The notes below the pieces were generated by a model. The model worked only from the letters and a program-made list of their open reading frames with translations. It searched no databases and was not told the origin of the DNA. A program made the translations under genes and the position numbers. Shown here one piece after another: positions 1 to 8,230 of a DNA stretch of 13,687 bases. Each line of letters opens with the position of its first letter. Position 1 is the first letter of the stretch. Origin of the DNA: an uncultured archaeon (GTDB taxonomy: Archaea; Asgardarchaeota; Heimdallarchaeia; Heimdallarchaeales; Kariarchaeaceae); contig CAZYCQ010000069.1 in the NCBI GenBank assembly GCA_964645535.1, positions 941 to 14,627 of the forward strand, given 5' to 3'.

Positions 1-30
1 AATTCTCCCCTTTCATGGCTTTCCTGTGTC

Positions 31-804
31 GTCTCATTGACTGAGAATCCTAGAAATAGGTTGAAACATTCCAATTGATAAGCTTTTCTTACATTTATAA
101 TATCGTCTCATTGACTGAGAATCCTAGAAATAGGTTGAAACATACTGATCGCCCATGCGTCCTCACCCCATATGTATGTCTCATTGACTGAGAATCCTAG
201 AAATAGGTTGAAACTCCAAGGAAGAGGAGAGTGACACGGCTTCGGTGGAGCGTCTCATTGACTGAGAATCCTAGAAATAGGTTGAAACTGCCCCATTTGG
301 GATAGGGGGGTGGGAGACATATCCCGTCTCATTGACTGAGAATCCTAGAAATAGGTTGAAACTACATCCACCTATAAAATTGATGAATGTTGTTCTTTTG
401 TCTCATTGACTGAGAATCCTAGAAATAGGTTGAAACCAGTATGCATAGCTCACGTAGTACTCGTCCATTGGCGTCTCATTGACTGAGAATCCTAGAAATA
501 GGTTGAAACTATCGATATTCTGTGGGAGACTGCGGCGTGAAGTAGCGTCTCATTGACTGAGAATCCTAGAAATAGGTTGAAACTATCTGTCCAAGGCAGC
601 CACCACAAATCTGATAGAAGTCTCATTGACTGAGAATCCTAGAAATAGGTTGAAACGCTACAGTCTTTACCACGTTGGACACGCTTGCGTTGCGTCTCAT
701 TGACTGAGAATCCTAGAAATAGGTTGAAACGCAACACTTCCCAAATAATCAACATCAATCCAGTCATGTCTCATTGACTGAGAATCCTAGCAATTGGTAG
801 GAAC
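31..804 (+). CRISPR. CRISPR array 1 (trailer end): 10 identical 37-bp repeats plus 1 degenerate terminal repeat, 10 complete spacers of 36-37 bp; probably continues beyond the left edge
   Basis: Repeat GTCTCATTGACTGAGAATCCTAGAAATAGGTTGAAAC starts at 31, 105, 178, 252, 326, 400, 473, 547, 620 and 694. The copy at 768-804 (..CCTAGCAATTGGTAGGAAC) has 4 mismatches. The 3' GAAAC end and the degenerate right-hand copy indicate + orientation. Bases 1-30 look like a partial spacer. Confidence 0.99.
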
Positions 805-828
805 TGGAATTCTTCAGGTATCATCCGA

Positions 829-852
829 CCTTTTCCACCATAGGGAAAGAGG
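829..852. terminator. Possible imperfect stem-loop between convergent array 1 and cas6
   Basis: CCTTTTCC-accatag-GGAAAGAGG pairs only with a bulge and a G-U pair. It lies in the 107-bp convergent gap and has no clear U-tail. Confidence 0.2.
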
Positions 853-911
853 GTACTATTGTCATTTGCGAAAAAATATGTTCACGCTTAGGGATCCCTT
901 GGAAAGATATT

Positions 912-1667
912 CTAATTCCTGAAATATTTAACCTTGACCTTGCCGAAGCCCATTGCCCTTTTGCCTCCGATGCCCCAATGCTCCATGGTCTGGACAAGTC
1001 GATTGAGATGTTCGAGTCCGTCATTTTCCTCCACGACGAACTTCAGGTAGCCCATGGTTGCAAACACCTTTGCGGTCTTGGTGAGGCTCACTTTGGCGGA
1101 CTTTATTTCGAAATTTGTAATTGCAACCTGCTTTTCGATCCTCTGCGGAAGATCCTCATCGAGTGCCTCACCAGTTAGCATCTCATAGGTTTTTTGTGTG
1201 GTGTACCAAAGCTTTTGAAGGTTGAGGAACGGGTCTACTTTGCGCTTGCGATTGGGATCGGGAAAGATGGCAGGCGTCTGGAACCTGAGGGCGAACCCGG
1301 ATCCAACTTTCGGAGGTTCTGCAGGAACGGGATTTACCTTGCTGAACTGTACCTGATAGACCGGGAATTCATTTTTCACAAGTTTGATGGTACCATAGTC
1401 ATCCTCCACAATGATTCTGAGGATGGTCTGGGAAAGTTCCTCGTCAGTGGTGGCAACGCCTATGGTCGCTCCGTTGGAAATCTTGGTGAAAGGGAATATT
1501 GAATAGGGTCTTTGATGGTTTCCCTCATGCAACTTTTCCCATAGGTTGGGATTTTTCTGCTTGAGATAGGTGAGCAAGGCCCCCTGTGACACCTTTCCGG
1601 TGAACCCCCCGATGCTGAAGTCGCGGGGAACGTCAATGAAGAACTGAAAACGCTGGATGAACTTCAA
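912..1667 (-). CDS. cas6: CRISPR RNA processing endoribonuclease Cas6
   Basis: 251 aa. C-terminal Gly-rich loop WGIGGKRAMGFGKV, plus RPYSI and LRFQTP RAMP motifs. The TTG start overlaps the cas3 stop (TTGA), with AGGAGG upstream. Confidence 0.93.
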   Translation of the reverse strand: MKFIQRFQFFIDVPRDFSIGGFTGKVSQGALLTYLKQKNPNLWEKLHEGNHQRPYSIFPFTKISNGATIGVATTDEELSQTILRIIVEDDYGTIKLVKNEFPVYQVQFSKVNPVPAEPPKVGSGFALRFQTPAIFPDPNRKRKVDPFLNLQKLWYTTQKTYEMLTGEALDEDLPQRIEKQVAITNFEIKSAKVSLTKTAKVFATMGYLKFVVEENDGLEHLNRLVQTMEHWGIGGKRAMGFGKVKVKYFRN

Positions 1668-4279
1668 CGAACTTCCTCCTCTTCTGTGGTTTTAAGGATT
1701 AGCCCGAATTCATAGGAATAATCATGCTTTTTGCAGTTGAGCAGCAAAGGGGGATTACGGATCCTCGGTTGACCTGGAGGGCTGACAATGTCATCCTTTT
1801 TGACGTAGGCTGGAATGAGCAGGTCGGCTGCCTTGAGGGATCCTTGCCTAGTGTACTTGGCATAGTCCTCCCAATCTGTTTCCAGCAGGACATCGACAGT
1901 GGTTCTTTCCCTATTTTCAATGATTTGATCGATCCAAGGTCTATAGGTTCCCGGAAGAATGACATCCTTGAAATTGGCTATTCTGTTATGGTTGATGGCA
2001 TTGTTGAAGGTAGTCTCACCTGTTTTCTTCCAGAAATCCTCATCATAAAGTTCGTTTATGAGATCGATCAGGTCGCCTTCGGTGAGTTCCCTTTCATCTA
2101 GCCTTTTGAGGAGTTCCTTGGATCTGCTGAGAAGTTCATTGTCATAGACAAGATGTGCGAATTTCCCTTGGTGTGCGATATGTACGTTGGTTTTTTGCAA
2201 AGGTCTTTTACCCGCCCGGTTAATTCTACCTAGACGCTGGACAAGTGCGTCCAAAGGTGCAAGTGCTATAATTCCCAATTCATAATCAATGTCGAGGCTT
2301 ACCTCCACCACCTGGGTGGCAACCAGTACTTTACCGTTTGAGGGTTCGTCTATGATTTTTTTCTCCTTTTGCTGTCTGTCACCGTATTTGAACCTTGAAT
2401 GCAGAAGAAGTGCATCTTTGTTTGGGAACAGCTCTTTTACGATTCTGTATGCATTCTGTGCATCACGGACAGTGTTGCAGATTATAAGGGTACTTTCAGC
2501 CCTTTCAATTTCTGCTGAAAGTTTCTTAATGAGGTTTTGCACAGTTTCCTCATGGATCTTGATCTTATGTCGTATCCGTTCCAGAAATTCTTTGTCTGCT
2601 TGGTCATTTTCATCGGGAGAAATATATGGGATGTGCTCGCCGAAATGTTTGTAAATAAGATTTTTGAGCAAGTCCGGAAAGGTTGCCGACATGAAGAGCA
2701 CTTTGGCGTCAAATTGTTCGGTTAGGGTTTTTGCGAGGTTAAGGATCAGTCCGGTCAGGTTACTGTCATACGAGTGGATCTCATCGAAAACCACAAGACA
2801 TTTCGTAAAGTCACAGACCATTGGCTCCCATCCTTGACCCTGCATAAGCACCTTGAGCAATTGATGGGGTGTGGTGACCTTGATCGGATAGAAAATTTCC
2901 TGTGCAAGCCTTGCCATGTCCCTTGCTGCATAGGAGATGATGTGATCCACCTTTCTGCCGTGAAGGGTCTTCCAGTTGGGACTGTCCAAAACAAATGATG
3001 AAAAGGTTTCCGGATCGACATTCTCAATGGTTGTGGGCGGTTCATTGACCTGTTTTTCCAAGGATCGGATTTTTTCCTTTTTTGTCGTTTCAGGGTCAAT
3101 GGTGGTCATGTCCTCCTCCAACAGATGGAAATAGACATTTGCTGCTCGTGAATGGTGAAGTGCCACTACTCGGTAGCCCTTGTCCAGTTCGAGAAATTTG
3201 GACCATCTTTTGTACATGGCATTGATGGATGCCTGAACAGGTAACACGTAAAAGATGCGGGAGAGTCCCACTTCATTTTTTTGGTTACATGTCAGCCAGT
3301 TGAAGGCGGCCTCTGTCTTTCCAGATCCGGTCGGTGCACGCAACATCACTGTTCCAAACTGACCAACCTTTTCTTGAAAGGGTCTAAGGGAGTATTGTTC
3401 CGGAACTATTCTGTACTTGCTGAGATCGGGTGTGGGTGGTACAAAGTTGTTGTTTCCGCTGGAGAGGTGGTCCCCAACCGTGACAAGGGATCTTACCAAG
3501 CTGACGAAGAACCGATCAAACCCCTGCGGGAAATTGTCCTCGACAACTCCTCTTCCATATTTATGGTTTGGCAATCTTCTTTCAGTTCCTTTTTCAATTA
3601 CTGTTAGTTCTCCTTCTACGAACTTACGGAAGCATTCCACGTTCTCGGGAAGGTCTATGCATTCCGGCAGCCACTTTTCTTCCAGAAGCTGATTTGCCCA
3701 TTCATCCTCTTTCAAAATATTGACGATACGTTTCCAATCACTTTGGAGTAGTTCCTTGTTGCAGACCAGTTCATTCCACATGATCTTGAATTGCCCGTAT
3801 GTAGGCCACTGATTCTCTGGAATTGATTTCGGCCATGTTGTTCCTTTTTCCCGGTACGGCTTGTGGTGAGTGACTATCGAGAGATAGATGGCAAGGAACA
3901 GTTTGGGATTTTTCCGCAAGGGTGGCAAGGTATGGAAGTTATGCACGAAAATTGCGGCAGACAGGATTTCATGCCTTCTTCCCTCCCAACTGGGATGGTC
4001 TTCAAGCTTTATCATTTCCTGAAAGCCAGCAGCTGCTTTTCCCAAATCGTGTAATAACCCGCCAATGAAGGAGCAACGGTAAACGTCTTCCTTGTGGTTA
4101 GGATCCAACAATATCCTTGTGGCGGCGGTCAATGCGGCAGCGGCAGCCTCAATGGAATGCTGAACAAGGTCTGTTCCACCTCTGTCCTTGCTTTTTGCCA
4201 TCAGGGGTTCTTTTGTTCCCTCTTCAAAGTTGCAGTTTGAATTCGTAACCTCTGGTTTAAAGATTTCCCCGCCGAACAT
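1664..4279 (-). CDS. cas3: Cas3, fused HD nuclease and SF2 helicase
   Basis: 871 aa. HD-domain motifs: QHS, HDLGKA, RHEILS, THH, GDHLSS. Helicase motifs: APTGSGKT, DEIH, SAT, LLHSRF, ATQVVEVSLDID, QRLGRINR. Confidence 0.97.
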   Translation of the reverse strand: MFGGEIFKPEVTNSNCNFEEGTKEPLMAKSKDRGGTDLVQHSIEAAAAALTAATRILLDPNHKEDVYRCSFIGGLLHDLGKAAAGFQEMIKLEDHPSWEGRRHEILSAAIFVHNFHTLPPLRKNPKLFLAIYLSIVTHHKPYREKGTTWPKSIPENQWPTYGQFKIMWNELVCNKELLQSDWKRIVNILKEDEWANQLLEEKWLPECIDLPENVECFRKFVEGELTVIEKGTERRLPNHKYGRGVVEDNFPQGFDRFFVSLVRSLVTVGDHLSSGNNNFVPPTPDLSKYRIVPEQYSLRPFQEKVGQFGTVMLRAPTGSGKTEAAFNWLTCNQKNEVGLSRIFYVLPVQASINAMYKRWSKFLELDKGYRVVALHHSRAANVYFHLLEEDMTTIDPETTKKEKIRSLEKQVNEPPTTIENVDPETFSSFVLDSPNWKTLHGRKVDHIISYAARDMARLAQEIFYPIKVTTPHQLLKVLMQGQGWEPMVCDFTKCLVVFDEIHSYDSNLTGLILNLAKTLTEQFDAKVLFMSATFPDLLKNLIYKHFGEHIPYISPDENDQADKEFLERIRHKIKIHEETVQNLIKKLSAEIERAESTLIICNTVRDAQNAYRIVKELFPNKDALLLHSRFKYGDRQQKEKKIIDEPSNGKVLVATQVVEVSLDIDYELGIIALAPLDALVQRLGRINRAGKRPLQKTNVHIAHQGKFAHLVYDNELLSRSKELLKRLDERELTEGDLIDLINELYDEDFWKKTGETTFNNAINHNRIANFKDVILPGTYRPWIDQIIENRERTTVDVLLETDWEDYAKYTRQGSLKAADLLIPAYVKKDDIVSPPGQPRIRNPPLLLNCKKHDYSYEFGLILKTTEEEEVR

Positions 4280-4280
4280 C

Positions 4281-4946
4281 TCACTTCCACCTGTGGACGT
4301 AAAACACTCGGTGGCCTAACTCGGGAAGACAATACAGGTCGGGGAACTGTACCTCTTGTTCCTCTTGGGGGAGTGCCAAAAAGGTGCGGATGTTCTGGGG
4401 TCTCCGAACCCTACCTTCCTGATAATCAAAATGTTCGGGCAGGTTATGAATCATGCCATTTGCCGGCAATGGCTGACCTAGCTCAATCGGAAGCAAAGTC
4501 CCGCGCAACTTGCCCTTTTCCACTGGAACTGCATCAGTAACCTTGAGTTCCTCCACAGCAACTAGGTCTTGTGACCTTCCCAAGAATAGGGGTCTTCGCG
4601 GTCGGTCGACAATTTCCTTGAACTCAAGATTCGTGAGGACGAGCTCCAATTCCGGGAAGATATGCATCTCTCTCTTCCTGATATTGGTCTTATTGTAGCC
4701 GTACCTACCGCTGTCGTTTCGTTTCCATCTATGGAACTTTTCTAGATCGCGGGAGATTCCCTGGTACGTATATCTCATTCCAATTCGTGTTTGATCCGGG
4801 GTAATTTCTTCATCCTTTGCCGAGGTGAGCATGCCTAGGATTGTACTATATGGGGGGACTGTCAGCGAGAGCTGGTCACCGGAAATGGTATAGGCAATCC
4901 TGAAAGATGCGCTGATTCCTGTCAGCCTCGCATAGACAACCTTCAT
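4281..4946 (-). CDS. cas5: Cas5 (Cas5b/Cas5t-like)
   Basis: 221 aa. N-terminal ASFR...VPPYSTILGML and LFLGRSQDL motifs. Lies between cas7 and cas3, with a GGGGAG RBS. Confidence 0.93.
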   Translation of the reverse strand: MKVVYARLTGISASFRIAYTISGDQLSLTVPPYSTILGMLTSAKDEEITPDQTRIGMRYTYQGISRDLEKFHRWKRNDSGRYGYNKTNIRKREMHIFPELELVLTNLEFKEIVDRPRRPLFLGRSQDLVAVEELKVTDAVPVEKGKLRGTLLPIELGQPLPANGMIHNLPEHFDYQEGRVRRPQNIRTFLALPQEEQEVQFPDLYCLPELGHRVFYVHRWK

Positions 4947-4956
4947 GCAATCTCCC

Positions 4957-6051
4957 CTAGTTCAATGCAGCCGCCAGCTTTTCAGCGACCTGAATTGGCG
5001 TGTCAACTACCACTTCAACTCCTTCAACCTCTGAGAGGTCTCTGACTTCCTCTTCATTGCCGAGGTAACCACTCAGCATTCCAATGTAGAATGGGGTGGT
5101 AAACCTGTCTTTATAGTCCTTAATAAGTTCTTTAAGGCCCTGCATGTTAAGTACCGGCTTTCCGTCCTTGTTGCCGATGAGGTGCTCAAACGGAACAATT
5201 CCTACAGTCATTCCCGCAACCAAAATTAGTGACGGGTTTAGGCTGGTTCCAAACTGAGCCATCTTCGCCCCTCCATTCAGTCTTGCAATTGACTTGATCA
5301 AGGCACCGGCAACCTCTGTTTGATAGTCTGTCAGACCGTCTTTACGTTTGACAATTTCCCCATTTCTATAGACTGGGTGATCCAAAACCTCGATCAGGTT
5401 TGAATGCCTCTCCTTCAAGAAGGGATCTAGCTCTTGGGAGACATTTCCCTTCTTTTCAAAAACGCCAAGCCTATAGATTTCCAATGAGAATAGTGCCATG
5501 AGTTCAGCCGCATAAAATTCAGTTGTGTAGGGAAGTGGGGTGTCGTCATTTAGGTGGACAAACCCTTGATCCTCATTCATTGAGATCAATCCGTCTATTC
5601 CTCTCAGAAGGGATGATTTAAAGGTTGATGGACGAACAAGCTGTTCTTCCGGAATGTGATCCCTTTTGATTCTTTCATCCCGAGGATTGACATCCCTTCC
5701 CGATGCAAACATGTATCCGAAAATATCGTCTTCAGGATAGGTGATAGGATCAAGCTGTCCTGCAACTTTGTTTGTGCTTCCGTCATTGTTCCAGCCAATA
5801 GCCTCAATTTCACTCTTTGGCCAGCCCGTCTCCTCAATGAGAGTGTTTCGAAGCCACCTTCTCCAAGCCTGTGAAGAGACATAGGGTACTTTCTTTCCAT
5901 TCTGCCAAAAAGATTTGACAGTAGATGTGTTCTTGTCCTCCCCCGAGCCGAGTCCTGCTCCATTTAGGAACGATCCCGGTGCGTGGATGAGGAATGCGCC
6001 GTTAATATGCGTGGTCTTACGACCAACTATTTCTTTGATGCTTTTTGTCAT
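4957..6051 (-). CDS. cas7: Cas7 backbone subunit (Cst2/DevR-like), canonical copy
   Basis: 364 aa. Motifs FLNGAG, PYVSSQAWRRWLR, DPITYPEDDIFGYM, RPS and GGAK. ATG start with GGAGG. Canonical cas8-cas7-cas5-cas3 position. Confidence 0.93.
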   Translation of the reverse strand: MTKSIKEIVGRKTTHINGAFLIHAPGSFLNGAGLGSGEDKNTSTVKSFWQNGKKVPYVSSQAWRRWLRNTLIEETGWPKSEIEAIGWNNDGSTNKVAGQLDPITYPEDDIFGYMFASGRDVNPRDERIKRDHIPEEQLVRPSTFKSSLLRGIDGLISMNEDQGFVHLNDDTPLPYTTEFYAAELMALFSLEIYRLGVFEKKGNVSQELDPFLKERHSNLIEVLDHPVYRNGEIVKRKDGLTDYQTEVAGALIKSIARLNGGAKMAQFGTSLNPSLILVAGMTVGIVPFEHLIGNKDGKPVLNMQGLKELIKDYKDRFTTPFYIGMLSGYLGNEEEVRDLSEVEGVEVVVDTPIQVAEKLAAALN

Positions 6052-6052
6052 C

Positions 6053-8230
6053 TTATTCCTCCTTTGTTTGGTTTGTTTCAGTCCATATTCTGAACTGATA
6101 GAAGAAAATCCTGAGCTTGAACTTCAGGAGCTTCCAAGAAAAGGTTCGTGACTCGAATCCCGCCTCAAACCAGTCTGCTTCTGGTATCTGTACGGGTTGT
6201 TCGAGTTCAGTACGTAATCTTTCGTTAATCTGGTTAAGCAGGTAATTTGAACTAATTTTCCCCCTCTTCAACCCATCGTCAAACTCCCTGAAAAAGCGGT
6301 CCTTACCTATTTTATTGATTCTGACCTCTGAATATCTTATCAAGGCATTGCAGAGCTGGTCAGACATGCCGCTTGACCGAACCAAGTCTGCAAGATCCTT
6401 GACTTTGGGAAGTGCATGATTCCTTCCAACCTTGTGGCCATTCAAGATGGCCGTTGTCAAAATCCTGAAAAGATACAGGAGCTCCCTTCTAGTGATGCCC
6501 TCTGGAAGTTCTCGAAATTGCTCGTAGGTTAGGCCCTGCATCGTATTCGAGATTGAAAGGTAAAGGTTTCTAATATTGTCTAGGTCATATCGATCCACCT
6601 CTTTCAGAAATTTTTCCTTTTCTGCTCGGTTGTTCAGGTCAATTTTTTTCCTGTAAATGTGGGATTCCATGAGCAGGGCAACCAATTCAATCCTGTTCTG
6701 TAGGTTTTCGGAGATAAACCTCCGTTGGGTGGACACCGGGACTAACTTGCTTTTTGGGTTGCCGTCTTGCTTCGGATGGAAGTAGAACCTGAACAAATTA
6801 ATTGAGTTGTTTCCCCCTTCATGAGGACTTTCAGAAAAAAACAGCTCCAAGATAATTTGGTAATTTATTTCCCCTTCAAATTGAAGCTTTATGGCTTGCG
6901 GAAATATCAAGTCAAGAACATCCTTCGTTTTCCAGTTTGTATAGAACCTACTGATAATCTTCTCTGTCATTCGACTTTTGAGCTCCTCAACGATTACCCT
7001 AACAGCCTTCAGATGGTCAGGCGTCCATCCAAGGAAATACATCTGGTAAAAGTTGTAGAAATCAACATTTGGGGGTTCAACCGTGGATTTGACATAGAAG
7101 CCTTCATAGTCTTCGGCTCTGATGATCCGGTTAAGAAGGAACCTGTCCGGGTGTCTCAATTCTCTTTTCTCATTTTGGACAAATCTTGTGATTTGCTGCT
7201 CTGCATTAAAATCCGCATTCAGACTCAAAAGCCTGAGAAAGTTCAAGGTACGGTCTGGAAGGAAATAGGTTTCACATTCTGACCCATGAGCCGAATTCGT
7301 GAATTGCCAGATGATGAGTGTAGATCCGATTAAATCTTCATTGAATTGACCGAGAATGTCAAGAAGTTTTAGGATCATGTGACTAGGAGGGTCATTCTTC
7401 CCAACTATTTCAATTGTCCTTTCCAAACTTGAAGCACTGAAAACATCCTCAAAGCGATGTAAATTAGACTCGATCAGTTTCTTTGTAATTGCAAAGTTGT
7501 CTGACTGATAAACAACAAGCTTGCCTTGCATTAGATGGGTGATTTGCGGAAGGAAATGAACAAGAAAGAGACATCTTGCGCAAATCATTTGGGGTTCAGA
7601 GAAGGCGGGGAGGGCTTGTGCCTCATTTCCAATGGTTCCAATCAGTGGGAACCAAGATTTGGTAATTCCTTTTCCGAATCTTCTTGTGGGGGTTTCTCCT
7701 GTCCGAACTTCCTCCAACCTGAGTTCAAGCTCATTGAAATCAAAAGTGGTTTCCCTTCCGCAGCTAATGCATCTATGTTCCGAATTTGCCTCCTTGGGTA
7801 TCTGATGAATAAATTCGGCTAGATAAGCCCTGTAAACGTTCCGTTGAAGAGGTGAAGGGCGTCCCCCACTCGGTTTCTTCAGACATTGATTGGTCGTGTT
7901 TGTCCTTCCATAAGCGGGTTGGGTCAAGGGATTGTTCGGAAAGATCATGAAGGAAGACTTTGTTGCAGCATTTCGCTCGGCAAAATCCTTCCCCAAGGTA
8001 TCGCTTCCACCAATTGACCTGAATACGTCGATCAGGTCTCCAAGAGTTGCTTCATGCACTCCTTTGTTTTTGATCACCGAAATGGCAATGAGGCCTGCGT
8101 CCACAAATGGGTTCCCGGAGTAGCCTATCGTCAAGGATCGGTGGTCATTGAGGGCATCCAATCGTTCTCTGATTTGCTCATCAAAAATTTGATCGTTGCA
8201 AAACTCATAATCTGGTATGTCTCCACTCAC
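6053..8230 (-). CDS. cas8: Cas8 large subunit (Cst1-like, CxxC-CxxC type) with long helical C-terminus
   Basis: 725 aa. Motifs GNPFVDAG, FPNNPL, CISC (aa154-157), FPLIG, CARC (aa217-220) and FTNS. The GTG start overlaps the upstream stop (GTGA). Confidence 0.85.
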   Translation of the reverse strand: MSGDIPDYEFCNDQIFDEQIRERLDALNDHRSLTIGYSGNPFVDAGLIAISVIKNKGVHEATLGDLIDVFRSIGGSDTLGKDFAERNAATKSSFMIFPNNPLTQPAYGRTNTTNQCLKKPSGGRPSPLQRNVYRAYLAEFIHQIPKEANSEHRCISCGRETTFDFNELELRLEEVRTGETPTRRFGKGITKSWFPLIGTIGNEAQALPAFSEPQMICARCLFLVHFLPQITHLMQGKLVVYQSDNFAITKKLIESNLHRFEDVFSASSLERTIEIVGKNDPPSHMILKLLDILGQFNEDLIGSTLIIWQFTNSAHGSECETYFLPDRTLNFLRLLSLNADFNAEQQITRFVQNEKRELRHPDRFLLNRIIRAEDYEGFYVKSTVEPPNVDFYNFYQMYFLGWTPDHLKAVRVIVEELKSRMTEKIISRFYTNWKTKDVLDLIFPQAIKLQFEGEINYQIILELFFSESPHEGGNNSINLFRFYFHPKQDGNPKSKLVPVSTQRRFISENLQNRIELVALLMESHIYRKKIDLNNRAEKEKFLKEVDRYDLDNIRNLYLSISNTMQGLTYEQFRELPEGITRRELLYLFRILTTAILNGHKVGRNHALPKVKDLADLVRSSGMSDQLCNALIRYSEVRINKIGKDRFFREFDDGLKRGKISSNYLLNQINERLRTELEQPVQIPEADWFEAGFESRTFSWKLLKFKLRIFFYQFRIWTETNQTKEE

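Noticed and set aside
805-911. Sequence after the degenerate repeat as a CreA-like or autorepressing guide RNA
   Set aside because: I found only 6-9 nt matches to the cas promoter region or genes, and no second repeat-like element.
3105-3120. GGAGGAGGAC-ATG inside cas3 as an internal start
   Set aside because: It is explained by Glu-Glu-Asp-Met codons, and the product would lack the Walker A motif.
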